The translations under genes and the position numbers were made by a program. Shown piece by piece: positions 37,914 through 51,566 of a stretch of DNA of 59,461 bases. Where the stretch lies: contig RDEW01000012.1 of NCBI GenBank assembly GCA_011109175.1, positions 598,874 to 658,334 of the forward strand, given 5' to 3'. Position 1 is the first letter of the stretch; each line of letters opens with the position of its first letter. Below the pieces are notes generated by a model. It had not been told where the DNA came from. It made no database searches and saw only the letters and a list, made by a program, of their open reading frames with translations. This stretch comes from Dicyema japonicum. Taxonomy: Eukaryota; Animalia; Dicyemida.

Positions 37914-40900
37914 TTATTTAGGTTGATTATATACTGCGAATCCAACCAAATGAATGCGTATTTTTTCTACCACATTTGTTTTAAGCAAAACCATTACATG
38001 AGATTTTACAGTTTGTTTAAAATCCTGATAATAACAAATAACTCAACAAACATTTCCTTGAATAGTTTCTTGAGGAGTCCACTTTATTGTGATAGTATTG
38101 CATGAGTTTGCTTCTACTAATCCCTGAATTTAATTAAATTTAAATTTCATTACTTTGATTGTGTCTACTTGAAATCCCAAAGAAATAGCTTGTTGCATTT
38201 CATCAATCACAAATTCTGAATTCTTATTTTAAAATTAAATAATTTTATTTACTTTTTGCTGACTTACTGCCATCGATCGAATGCAATGTATAAATAAATT
38301 TTTTTCTGCCGATTCAAAACACTGCCCGTTATGATAAGCATAGAAATATAAAGTGAATGATTTTTCTTCTATTAAAGACATCCAATATTAAAGATACCTT
38401 CTAATTCAGATATTTTATGCATTTCACTCATTTCAGAGATTTTGTCATCTTCAGTGATATACAACAAATGTTCCTTTGCTTTACCAATCACTCTAAAATC
38501 AACGTAGTTTGTCTAAAATTAATTTCATATTTTTACATCTTCGAACTGAATTCTAAAATAGTCTGAGAATGCTTCACTACTACGATCAGCTGCGAAAGTT
38601 AGTTTTAATACAGCTTGAGATTCTTTTTGTTACAAAAATAATCATACTATGTTCAATCTGTCCAGCTGATGGTAAAATATCAAAAACTGTATTCCCATTG
38701 TTATTTTGAGTCCCTTAAATTTAAAACAGTTAATAACCAATATATTTCTTCAGTCTATCATAATCTGGAAATTCTGAAATATTCGATTTGCTAAGTTGTA
38801 ATATTTTATACGACACATTAATTCCATTTGAGTTGTTTTTTAGCTAAAATAAATTCAAAATTTCAACAGTAATGGTTTTTTCAACCCAATCATTGACGAG
38901 TATATCGCCCATAGAGAATAACCCATCTTTTATAGAGCAGTCAATATTTGCAGGTACTCCTTCTCCTGAAACTGAAATTATACAACGGGATATTTTGTAA
39001 TCAAATTTAATTATGTCATAGTACTAAAAATTTCATCAGAATTATACTCCATTTCCTTCTTTAGGATTGAATCTAACTTTAACAGTGCATTCTTTTCCGG
39101 GAAGTACTGGGCGTAAAATATCTCGTATTGAGAAAACCTCATGTTCGTCAAGAGAACTTGTAGTTAACTTTTTAAAAAAATATTAAAAAAGTATACCTCT
39201 AATGTTTGTGAAGATGTATTAAGAAATACGAGTTTCTTATAAACTGCACTGTTAATACAAACTCTTCCAAAATCAATATGTCGATTCCCACCTGTAGAAA
39301 TCAGCAATAATTCAGGTTTTATTATTGGACATGATAGTTCCAAATACAATATATTTTTTTCACTAATAAATATTATTTGAACTAAAATAACTTGTATGTG
39401 ATGCTATTATTTTGATTTATTTCATCAGAAATAAAACAGGGTATCTTATATGTTTCAATCGTGCTGTCATAGTTAAGTAATTCTTTATAAATTCCTTGAC
39501 TAAAATGAACAAATAATTTCAAACCACGCAATTTGATTTTGCGAAATTGAAGAATTTTCTTTATCATTAACTTCATCAATATCGTCTATCTTATTCGACT
39601 AGGCATAAGATTTTCTTAATAAAACGTTTTTAATAGAATTTAAATTCGAGCTTTTACTATCGGAATTAATTAGTTCAGATTTTTTTGGAACTGGTCTTAA
39701 TTCTATGCTAACAGGACGTTTCTAAAAATAATAATTAAACACATGCCTCCCCAATTTTCACAAGCCCTACTAAAGGTGATATCGTAAATGGGAGTTCTTT
39801 ATCTTCTGGAAGCATAAATTGGAATTTTCTGTCACCAATATTTGCGGGTTTTTCTTAGTTATTAAAATAAAATAACCATTTCCTATTTTTGGAAGACTAT
39901 GAAAAAATTCGTTTTTATCAACATAATCATTAATTATACTGATAACAACGAGAGACATATCAAAAAGAGCAGTAGGTTTAAACTGAACAAGATTGTGGGA
40001 TAATTTCAGTGGAGATAGAACTCCAATAGCTTTAGTGGTTATTTTAAAAGACCTAGGAAATTATCTGATAATATATATTTTACCTTCCATTTCCATTTTT
40101 AAATATTATTGAATCGTTATAAATAGTTGCTCTTGGAGGGGAAAAAATAAAATATAAGTCGAGTGATTGTCCAGGAAGAATCATTCCATATCCATCATTA
40201 GGTTGCACTTCAATATACTAAAATAAAAAAACAAAAAAACATCAGGCTTGTCAATAAATCCATATGATTGAGAAGTAAGTGAACAATTGTGAAGTTTTAT
40301 TTGTTTCATGACGCTTTCTGTCGTCGTGCAATATCCAAAATCAATTTGAGTTTCGTCCAATTTTAATACATCATCTGTTATAATTGCATTTACATAGAAA
40401 ACAACTTCACGTTTCTGATAAGTGGTTAAGAATGAATTGAACCTGATTTTTTACATTCACAACGACTGGCAATTGCATTATTGAGAGAGTAGCATCAAAA
40501 TGTGGAGAAGAAATTTCAAAAATACTTTTCCTTTTAAATTTATAAAAAATTACTTGGAATTAACTTTATTTGTGCTATAAAAGATGACTTTGCTTGAATA
40601 TATCCCATTTCCGGTTTAATACTCAAATATTGATTAAATTCTGTTGGAACTTTAAATTTTATTTTCAAAGCAGTATTTGCTCTACATTTAGTCTCTATAA
40701 AACCTATTATTCAAAATAACTGAGTCTTGATATAAGCAATTGCAAGTACAAATTTCAAACTCAATGTTTGCTTTTTTGATCCATACTGGGATATCCAAAG
40801 CTGTCCCTGATACTTTAAAAATAATCTCAAAAATATTATTAAAATTACATCATTTTTTATTTCTTCCTCGTTTTCAAATTTTATAATAAATTCGTCTTCA

Positions 40901-43355
40901 TATTTCTTCGAAATCGTCGGAGACCAACTGATGCAATATCAATATCCGATAATGGGTTTAAAAAACCAGTTTTATTTTTTAAAATTTCGAATCTCTCATC
41001 AATTTCTGTAATTGAGTTATCGATTTCTTCATTACCATTATTTTCAGTATTATTTATCTCATCGGACTTTTTATTTTGCTCAATATTATTTGTAGTCTGC
41101 ATAAATGTGTAATTAATACTTATTTTTAAATATTTTGAAATTACTAGGAAGAGCCCCAACGTTTTTTAATTTAGAGATTTTATTAATGTCTCCAATAACT
41201 ATATTTCCAAACTCTAATGACGTATCCGATATTAATGGCTAAAATACTACAAATCTAATATTACCCAAAATCTTTTGATTTTACATCTTAATGGAATTTC
41301 AAATGATCCATTAGTACTGCTAAATAATAAGTTGCCTTCTAAATCCTGATTGATCTGTAAAATTTATTTAATAATTAGGAAACTTTGGGAGTAAAAGTAA
41401 TATTGAATTTCCATTCCATTCCTGGAGATATTTTGCCTGGTATAGCAAAACTGAGTATTATAAACACGTAATTACTCAATATGGACAAAATCATCTAATC
41501 TTTTATCTCCAAATAATTTTAAAAAGCGACAAGACGAAATAGTCGTTGAAATATTGACCAATGAAACTATTTTCGTATAATTCTCATCAATATCAAAATT
41601 CTAAGATAAAAATATTTTATTATTAATTTTTATAATTTTACATTAACAAACCTCAAAAATTACTTGTTCAGGTATACTTTTAAATTCAATATTTTTATTA
41701 GAAATTTCGTGATTAAGAGCATTTGTATTATTTTTCCTAGTAACTGATTTAACTTCAATTTTATCGTTATTTTCTGTTCGTTCGCCAATTTTTGATAGTT
41801 TAGTCCAAATACCACAAAATTCAGACATTGCTATACTTTCTAAATATTCATCGACATAAAATAATACTTTGATCATTTTCTTGTTTAATATTGTCTTTCA
41901 AAAAAGTTTTTTCTTTAGATTTATTTTCTAAAACTTTCGGTTCAATGTTTATTTGACTAGAAATAATAAAAAGTCAAACTTTTCAACATTTTTGGAAAAA
42001 TCATTCAAAAATTTAATTTCTTTATTTTCCAATTCCAAATTTTTCTATATTTTAATAGTTTGTGTAACTTTATCAATAATCTGGGAATGAGTTTCAAATG
42101 GATGAATAATCATGTCGGTTTTATTAACATTATCTAATTTTCATTAATTATTTTAGAAATTATTTTCATTTTTCTATTGTTTTTTATGTTTAACAATTTT
42201 CTAAAATTAAAAGAAATTTTGACTTTTCTTTAAGTTTCAGACATTTTAATTTTTGACTTTTTTCAAGCTCAAATTTTGGATTTTTTCCTTCAAAATCATT
42301 TCCTTTATAAATTGTCCTTCTTCTTCAGCTTTTTTTCTTTTCGGTGATTTTTGTAACTTTGAGAAAATTTTAGATTTTCCTTTCTTAAACATTAAGAAGC
42401 TACTTTTATTTTTCCTATATTTTGCTGTAATTTTTTGAAATTTTCTAATCTATTAATGAAATCCCTTCTATTTCTCTAAGCTTTTGTGAATTATATTGAT
42501 AAGCTCTAAATTTTGACATTTATTAAACTTTTCGTTGCTTTGTTTGATTAACGGTTTTATACCATCTTCAGGAATTTCTGTGACTTCTTTTGGAATAATT
42601 TGAACTTTATTTCTTTAAATTAATGTTTTCACTTACTTGATTACGTTTTTAATTTTATTTAAATCAGGAATAGCTTTTTTTTCAATAAAGCTAAAATCTC
42701 TAATATGTTCTTCAATATTTTTTTGACAAAATTCATCATCGATTTCAACTTTTTTTAATGTTATACTTTTGATAATATATTAATGATTACTCATTTTGAT
42801 AAATTTCATCCTTGATATTTGACTCGCAGTTAATATACTTTTTCAGTTCTTCACTTATTACCGAATATCTCTTTGAAAGTATTTCTTTACGGTTTCTAAA
42901 ATCTTTCAAATTTAAAAATATTACGAGTCTCCGGATTCTAGAGTTTCCTTTAATTCCAAGAAAGTTTCATCTCTTTGCAATTCTAGCTTATTAATGCTTT
43001 CTTTGCAATCTTCAAGTTTATGACTAAATTCAAATGAAATATAAGTACTTCAAGTCATATTGATGCTGTATTATACGATTTAATAAATTATTTTTTTCTT
43101 TGAGTAAATTTTTGACTTTCAAATCTGTAATCATGAATGTTTTTCGGTTGCTTTAGAAACAACTTATTTTCAAATAAAATTATAACTTTATAAATAATGC
43201 TCTTAAAATATTAATTTTATTTTTAGCAAAAGCTCCAGAAGAGGAGTTAATATTTTCATCAAACCATTTGTTCCCTTGTAAGTATTCTACGCTAATGATG
43301 CCCCTTATAACTTAAAAAAATCGTGACTAAATAAATTATAGTTGTTGTAATACAT
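37914..43355 (-). CDS. CFAP74: Cilia- and flagella-associated protein 74, many micro-introns
   Basis: YLELSCPIIKP..GGNRHIDFGRV..KKLVFLN matches the CFAP74 LYLELWCP..FNFGDVAV..KKISIQN region; ISPGM motif; N-terminal coiled coil. The start position is approximate. Confidence 0.8.
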
Positions 43356-43538
43356 GAGAATTAATAAATAAAAGATTAAGTAACCTATTAGATAAATAAT
43401 TATTCTTATTAATTTGAGATCTAAAAATGTTTAAATAAAATGTAATTTTATATTATTTAAATAATCATAAAATAAAATTTATATTTTTAAATTTAGTACT
43501 TTGATAGCTTCTATTTCGAAGGTTGCTTTATTTTTGAG

Positions 43539-45987
43539 ATGGAAAATGAAGAATTCATTATTCTGCCGAATCCAAGGTATATTCGCTAAAAAATATTGAA
43601 TTAGTGTTAAAAACTTAATTTCAAAAAGGTTGGTGACATTTAAGGTTAATGACGTCAATTCTTTAATGCACGATCAAATAGGTTTTCATTGCTTAGTTAC
43701 AAATTAGGTTTAATATTATTCTACAGATTTTGTAAAAACGATCCTGTTTACACAAATATTCTGAAATTTATTAATCACGTTCTTTTATCTTATTTTTAGA
43801 TAATTTCGTATTCACGACTGTCAGCTATTGATAGAACACAAAGTGCAAGCACTATTTTTAAAAATTTCATTGTCAAATATTCACTTGAATTAAATGTATA
43901 TTATTTTATGTTAAGATAGGATTTTATTAGTGAATCAAATTTATTAAGAATTATAAAAACCCTAAATAATATTTGTAATGAAGAGAAATCATCCATTATT
44001 AATATAAATGAAAAATTTTTGTCTATTGAATTTTTTAAAGTTGTAAATTTAATGAATTTTAGGAAATTGAAGATGAAATATATATTTTCCTTGAACAAAA
44101 ATTTCATTCTTTCATGAAATCGTATGAATTAATGAGAATAATTTTAGAAATTATTTCGTGAGATATTGCCAGTGGAAAGATGTAGAATATAGTCTTCAGG
44201 TTAGCGTTATAAAATTTTGCAGCCTGTTTTAGAGGATTTTCATCTTTCTCAAATGATCGGCAAAGGCTCTTACGGCGTTGTTTATTTATGTGAAAGAATT
44301 GAAACAAAGAAAAGGTATACATTACAAATTTTTATATTTATTATCGGAAGTTAAAATTATTTCATTATATGAGAAATTTAAATTTCACTACGATTTCAAA
44401 TATACATATAAAATTACAATTTAGATATGCAATCAAGTGCATGGAAATTAAAAATGAAGAAATTTGAAAAGAGTTTCCGATGAAGCAAATTTGAAATACG
44501 AAATTAGTTTTAAAGTATTTTTATTATTTGATAATAAAGAAATGTAATTTTATTGTTGGATTGAGTTATGCATTTGCGAAAGATAAACATATTTACTTTA
44601 TACTTGATTTGATGGAAGGGGGGACACTTGCCCAACATATTTATGAACGTGGAAAGTTTGAAATCAAATCTATCATTCATTACTCCAGTCAAATTATTTT
44701 AGCCTTATCTTATTTACACTCTATGAATATAATTTCTCGAGATATTAATGTAATTTTATGTCTAAGAAAAGCCTTCAAATATTTTACTTGATGCACGCGG
44801 ACAGGCAAAACTAAATAGTTTACGTTTAGCTGGAAATTATAAAAAACAGAATTTTACTTCTAAAACGTATTTTATAAATTTAAAATAGTGGGAAAGTTGG
44901 ATTCATGGCACCAGAAGTGATTGATAGTCAAGGGAAGCCTTATGGCACAGAAGTGGACATATTTTCTTTAGGATGTCTAATATATAAATTAGCTACGGGG
45001 TATTTTAATATGTAAAATGAAGAAAATCTCCATTTTCAAAAAATTCATCTGATTTGAAGATAATTGAATCTTTAACGTTAAATTGTGAATTTGAACTTTC
45101 AAGTGATATTCCAGAAAATTTAATTCTTTTATTAAAACAATTAATCGTAAAAAACCCCGAACAAAGGTTGAAAATTGACGAGTTAGAATTTTTATAAAAT
45201 TGAAGTATAAAGAACCATATGATTTTCAAAGAACTTGACTGGAATAAAGTTTTGGAGTTAAAATATGACTCGCCATTTATTCCACCATCTTTAGAAGTTA
45301 ACATGCCAACTTGCAAAATATCGCCTTTAATGAATTTTTCAAATTCCGTAAAATATAAAGTTTTTTTATATTAATGATATTCAGTCTAATGAAAATTTTG
45401 AATTTGATGCTAAAAAATTTCCTTCTTTAACAGTTGGGTCTAGTTGGCAAGAAGAAATAATATCGGCTGGATTATTTGAAAAAACAATGAAACTAACTAG
45501 TGAATATGCATTATCAAAAAATTATGTATCCCCTTCGTATTCTCCATATAAATATTCCTGCATCATTGAAGGAGAAATTTTCCTTTTGACGAACCAAATT
45601 TTTTGCACATGGCAAAAAAGAAATTTATATGTTTACTACAATCAACTTGTTTTAACATACCAGAAAGAAGACTATAATAAAATTCCTAAAGACGACGAGG
45701 TTCGCATTCTTTTCTAGGATAGATTATTTTATATGAAAATATATCAACGTGTATCGAACAACTTAGAACGATACTTAGGAATGAATAATTGTTTTATAAT
45801 AAATCTTAAAAATGGAAAACATTTAGTTTTCACTGGATCTGTAATTCTTAAAATATTAGTTTGGTAGAGTTTGGCAACTTCTCAACAGTGGTGTCTAGAA
45901 ATATTTAACTGGTTTAATAAAATTATGAGGACAAAAGAGGCTCTAATCAATAAAACATTAAAAATAACATTATTTTACCAAAAATAA
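43539..45987 (+). CDS. GRK2: GRK2/beta-ARK-like protein (RH, kinase and PH domains), probable pseudokinase
   Basis: ILPNPSV, YCQWK, IGKGSYGVV, YAIKC, FIVGLSYAF, FMAPEV, LDWNKV..FIPP, SWQEE and a PH domain with WQKR. Catalytic motifs are degenerate. Confidence 0.85.
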
Positions 45988-47429
45988 AATTTACCTTTAT
46001 TTGAGTAAATTTTTAGAGAAAGATAGGATTTAGAAGAGTTTGGACCAATTCAGAGAACTGATTAAGAAAAAAAATTTTCAAGGTAAAACTACATAATATC
46101 TGGATATATCTAAAGGGGGCACAAAAACTATTAAAATATTCGAAATCTGCATATTTCTCAGCTTTGTTTATAACTTTATTAGTCTCGGGTTTATTTATTT
46201 TATTGCTTCTTGTAATAAATATTTTTGTGAGTTTTTGTATTTAAAAGGATTTTTAGAGGAGGTTAATTGGTAGGCTGACTTCCTTTGGAAGTTATTGTTG
46301 TCGATCGAGCAGAAGTTCTTCAAGAAACTTGGACCCGAAATTATTTCATATGAATTGTCGTCGGCTTTTTGATTGGAAAATAATATTTTCCACTTGCGTA
46401 TATGAGTATTTGTTAAATAAACTCAGAAGATAGTATATATGCACTCGGTGTTGCTTCCGAGAATTTTTGAAGTGATCTTTAGAATTATCATTCACTTCAG
46501 CGACATTATCACTAGGTTTTACTCATGTTTCGATAAAGAGAGTTTTTAGTCAAGTCAAGTTGTTACTAATGTTGGACTTAATGCTCTAATATTTTTTGCA
46601 CATAATAAATAAGGCTGCGAATAATATTTTGGCGATAATCGGAATATATTAAACAAGTCATGGGGTTAGGACGTTCATTATTTTATGCACCATCTGAGTG
46701 AGGGTTCGACAGTCTTTATCTCTCCCAGGGAGATCGATATCGTTAGTGTAAAAAAAAGAAGTTTTCGTCTGGTGGATGTCATGTATATGCGGGTTAAATA
46801 CTGCTGGTGAAAGTCAAAAAAAGTTATTGCGAATCAATTGTTTAAGTCTTCTGCTTAAGAAGTTTGAAAATCTTTTAATGTTGGGATGATATCCGTTTCG
46901 AATAATTTTGGGTTTGTGTACAAATAAATTTTTTTCAGTGCTAAGGTTGTTAGGATTTTTATTTCATAGCTTGTCTGCTGAAGAATCAAGCTAAGTATTT
47001 AATATGCACAGATAGTCATACTAGAGCAATGTGTAAAGTCTATGGAGTTATACTGAAAAATTGTACGAACTATTGTTCCGGAAACCGCTGGGGAAACTAT
47101 GAGGGATGTCAAAAATAAATTGAAACCAATAAGCTGAAGAATAGAATAAAACATGAATAAGTTAAAAAGAATAGACTGGGTGCCAAGCGAAATGAATACA
47201 CCCGAAGTTGGATTTCATACTATGGATCAAGTTGTATGGACTCGTCTGTACAGACAACCTCAATTATGCTGACAAAAAATAAACTCGAGTTTTCTTTTTC
47301 CAAATCATTGATAACTAGTGCAAGGTATCAAAGATATTTCAAAGACGAAAAATTGATAAATTTTTACTTGAACTAGTAGCGCTCATAAAAAAGGAGGTCA
47401 AACACAAAACAAGCCAGAAGTAACCTGGA

Positions 47430-47800
47430 CCTGGTTAATGGCTGCTATTTATTTGCCCCAGGTTTAAAATCTTTGGTAAACCCAGCACAAACAGTCATAA
47501 CTAATTAATCGAAGGAAAGAACCAAAAGGAGGAACGTCTGTTTTTGTCAACAAATCCATTCTCCAATAGTCCATTAAAAGTATACACTTCCGAAGAGAGG
47601 TGGAGAAGTAGTTCCGCCCTCATCCATTTTCATCACACGTTCTATCGTCGTGGACATCACTTAATTCTAGGAGAAAGAGTTTTCACAATGGTAATCTTTA
47701 CCAGTGGAGTTAGTCACGGAGAAGGTAGGAAGATCCCTTTCAACAACTGCGTTGTGCCAGAAGGACTCGTCACCTCAAGGGTGAGATCTGTTTAACGAGA
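47430..47800 (+). mobile_element. Decayed LINE APE fragment; same family as 10677-10910 and 15560-15735 (reverse)
   Basis: ERPKGGTSVFV motif; shared nucleotide block aacgtctgttt..aaatccat..caatagtccatta..cacttccgaaga. Confidence 0.5.
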
Positions 47801-48249
47801 ATTGACCTTTGCTGAAAAGTCTATCTCTCGGATTCGAACCACGACAGTGAGATGCGACGTCATCAAACGTTGTATTCAGCAAAGAAGCCAATGGATGTTC
47901 TCTTGAGAAGCGGCTCGCAAAACTTGTAGCTTTTACCAGCACAGTGCAAATTAATGTTCTGATAATTAATGCATTTTTATTGGCTCATGTTGCTAATTTA
48001 TTTTTCATGCAGTTTTCATTTTTAGAAAAAATCACATATTGTCACGTTCTCTTGAGTTGTTTCAAAAAGCCAAGAGCTGAATTCTGTTTCGAAAGATCCT
48101 GAAGAAATTGTAAACTAAAAATTCCTCATTTGTTGCTCCACTGAAATCTATTTTCCATTGCGAGAACTATGAGAAACAAACTCCCCAAACTCGGAGTCCA
48201 CTGCCACTCCTGCTCTTAATTTTTACCACCTGAACTTTGTGTTATTGTC

Positions 48250-49260
48250 CAAATATCGATTTTTTGGTTTTACAACCTGCTTCTTCAGGTCTCAGAGAAC
48301 AGGCTTGCGGGTTATTGTGCCACCGCCTGAAACTGAATTCCTAGTGACCCAAGAAGAAGTCATTTATGTCATCAAGGCCTTAAACCGAAGCAGTGACGGA
48401 ATTGATTGACTTCGTCCTAGTTACATCGAAGATCTCATTTCAAGTTCTGCGGCTGTTATTCACAATTCATCTTCTTGTTTTGAGAATCGTCAATAGTGGT
48501 GTCCTAGGTTATGAAAAAGATATTTTGTTTGGCGAGAACCTCTACTTGTTTGCACAGACGAATTTTTTCATAGGTCTTTGGACAAATAGCAATCACTTCA
48601 AATTCTTTAGAGTTAAGAGAAAATCTCAACCAAAATCGTCTGACAGGCTTTCGTGTGGCAGCATAAAGAATATGGCTTTGATTGGATGCCTACCCAATAC
48701 CTGACGTCGGGACTTTGCTTGACAATGAAAGCCTTCGTATTGGCATTTCATATTCCCTTGATCTTTATGTTTGTGAGGTTCACCAATGCCGAGGTGAGAA
48801 GATGATTGATCAGAAAGAAATTTATTCTCTTTTCCAAAAAGAGCCTTGGAAAATTTTCCATATTAGATAGGCGAAGACGAGGTGGGATGACGATCTGTTT
48901 CATTTACCAAAGGGCACTCTCTTGTATAGGGAGTTAACCTGTGTTGATACCTTTTCCTCGAAGAATATGATTTCCACTACAAACTCAGACTTTCTTTTTT
49001 GTCGAACGGAGGAAGCTGGATAATTATTCTGCGCTTGAGGACCTTTTCCGCTTCGTCCCAATTACATTTGAGACTTCAGGTGTGGTCGGACCTGTCACCA
49101 GAGATGTTCACCGAGAGATTGGAAGCGCAATCTCGTCAAGGCTGGAAGATACTCGAAAGTGACGTTGGTTCCACGAACGTCTTCGAATTGGCATCATTCG
49201 CGCATTTTTCACTGTCTGATGTCTGATTTGCTTCTTTTTCTAATAAAATTAATAAAACGA
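48250..49260 (+). mobile_element. Decayed CRE-type retrotransposon 3' part
   Basis: DAYPIPDVGTLLDNESLRIGIS; terminal rfhervfelas-like segment followed by aataaa. Confidence 0.7.
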
Positions 49261-49399
49261 AGATGAAAAAGCCTGGAACTTGATATCACTAGATTGACAT
49301 CCTATGGTGACCAGGTACCTCTGCTGGAACGGGCAACTTGCTTACTATAACAAAAGGTCAAGAATTATTAATTAAAATGTATGCGAATTATTGTGCACA

Positions 49400-49560
49400 T
49401 AATTAAACAGAAAAATCTACTCGAAACCACGGACGACTTAGAGTCATTGAGAGCCATAGTTAACAATCGAGGTCCGTAGAAGAGGTTGACATTCAAAATT
49501 ATTTTTACTACTTCACATGCGAAGCTATAAATATGGTGCTCGTGAAACTGAATTAAAATA
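49400..49560 (+). mobile_element. RTE 3'-end fragment
   Basis: cacatgcgaagctataaatat..ctcgtgaaa matches the RTE terminus at 29222-29260. Confidence 0.65.
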
Positions 49561-49859
49561 AAGGTCTTAAGTCACGGGATTGTTGATTATCTTTTTGTAG
49601 TTTTAAACAATTTATTACTGAAAAAAGTAAGCAACTGGTCATATAGCTTCCGCAAGATTGATTATCTTGATAAAATTATCAAAAATGTAATTTCTAAGTA
49701 CTTGGAAATATATGGATGAGAGTTCTTTTACCTCACAAAAAATGTGTTGATGACTATGTAGCAATATCGCTTGAATTGTGAAACGAAGAATAAGTTAAGA
49801 CGATGTTGAAATATAGATGATTTGTTCTAAGAGTGATTCTGAAAAAGGGATGAAGAGAT

Positions 49860-50180
49860 GAATCTCATTTCTCGAATAGATACTCAGATCCCGGTCGTGT
49901 TATGAAAACAGCTTGCAAGAATTCAAGTAGTGGATTCTATGCCTATATTTTCATTGAAAGTACAAAATGGATTTAGTGATTGAAAAGAAATCTCTTAGTG
50001 AAAGGAACCTTTGTTTTCGATAGAAAGAATGAGTTGTTTTTAATTTTTCAACCATCCAGAGGAGTTCTTTGGAAGGTACTTTTTTCAAGTCCGAGCATGC
50101 GAAGACAGCTGAGGGAGGCAGGGATCATCTGATTTTTTCATTCTGGCTATGACGGTGGTTTTCTGGTTCAATAAATTTAA
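49860..50180 (+). mobile_element. Possible very old CRE-type fragment
   Basis: RVMKTACKNSSSG-like and LREAG-like segments only. Confidence 0.3.
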
Positions 50181-50474
50181 TTTAATAGACCATAAATACT
50201 TTGGAATGTGTTTGATAAGAAGAGATCTTTCAAAGATAGTATAAATATCAGAAAGAAAAAACCTACATCAATTTTAAATTTTTTCTATACTTTCGTCATT
50301 AAAAATAGATGGGAATTTACTTCCATTTTTGATGAAATTAAAACGTTGAATGTACCATTAATACGTCATAGTGCATCAGAACTACGTCAGATTAATTAAC
50401 CAATAAGCTAACTGACAGATAAAGTATAGCAGTCTAAAAAATAAGCAACATTTTTTCAGTTCTTTTTACCACTA

Positions 50475-50814
50475 ATAATAATAATTAAACACTACCGCGT
50501 TGCCATAAGCACGTAAGATGGCTAAGGTTTCGCTCGTGCAGAACACACACTTTATTTAAGTAAAGAACAGTTATTATAACTAATCGTAGATGGAGAACCA
50601 AGAAATGCTCTTCACTTCTTTGTTTTTTCTTTTCTTGTGTGTATGTCCTTTTGACTATCCAGTTCTGCAGTGAATCTCCACTGATGACGGCGTTACTCGT
50701 CAAGCCCTTTCCGCATCATAGATGAGTGGAACCTTCCACCAGGTGAACAGCAGCGAGAATCGTACCCGTGACCTAAGCCACTTTAGCTCGACATCTAACC
50801 ACTATGCCACCCGG
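50475..50814 (-). mobile_element. tRNA-derived SINE family A, copy 1
   Basis: A box tggcatagtgg, B box ggtacgattc, (ATT)n tail; 13-bp TSD ctttttaccacta at 50462-50474 and 50815-50827. Confidence 0.9.
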
Positions 50815-50840
50815 CTTTTTACCACTATGAGGTTTAATAT

Positions 50841-51181
50841 TTTTTTTATTTTATTAACCTCGGATACACCGAGAAAGAAGTTAAAGTAAACAACTAATTA
50901 AGTGTATCCAGTTTCCACTTCTACAGAAATAGATTCCATCCGGAATCAGCATAAAAGGTAAGACGTCCATTACATGCAGTTGTGGAAACCCCTCCAGTAG
51001 AGTGGGGAAGAGCAAATGATCCTTTTTCGTGCCGGCCTGGCACTAGGCGTCACCTAGACAGGTGGATCACATGACGCCACTCTAATAGGAAGAGAGAGGA
51101 GGAACAGACAAGTAAGCAGAAAACTTAACCAATTAACCACGCAGCACCACATGGCGCCACACGGTTCGATTCTTAAATATC
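50841..51181 (-). mobile_element. SINE-like family B, copy 3
   Basis: 14-bp TSD atgaggtttaatat at 50827-50840 and 51182-51195; 3' stem ctcgg-tgtat-ccgag followed by an A-rich tail. Confidence 0.9.
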
Positions 51182-51566
51182 ATGAGGTTTAATATAGAAA
51201 TCACTTAACAATTCAAGTGTAATAATATATACTTTTGATACAATTAATCAAATATTCAACGTTTAACGATATAAATTGTAAATTTTATTAAAGTACAATA
51301 TGTTAGACTGGACATGGTGGACTATGGAAATCAAGTCTAAACTTGAAATATTTTTGCGGTTTGCAGACTGTGGAAGGGCGAACCTAGAATGACGCGATGG
51401 CTCTTCCATAACATTGGGCTCGAGATCATGAGCGGTAACTTCATTGAAACTCAATACCTGCACGCCATAATGGAAACTTTGTCGTAACAACTAACTTTAT
51501 TTTAATTTCAATAAATCCATTAATTGAATATAATATTTCAAATAAGAGTTTTTATTTGTTAAAAGA

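Noticed and set aside
47825-47900. tRNA-like B box (ggttcgaatcc) on the minus strand
   Set aside because: No convincing A box, acceptor stem or TSD.
51020-51075. Hammerhead or pistol ribozyme in the family-B core
   Set aside because: A three-way junction and GAAA are present, but the linker is not CUGANGA and stem III does not pair correctly. The cgtggtta near the head lacks the pistol P1 partner.
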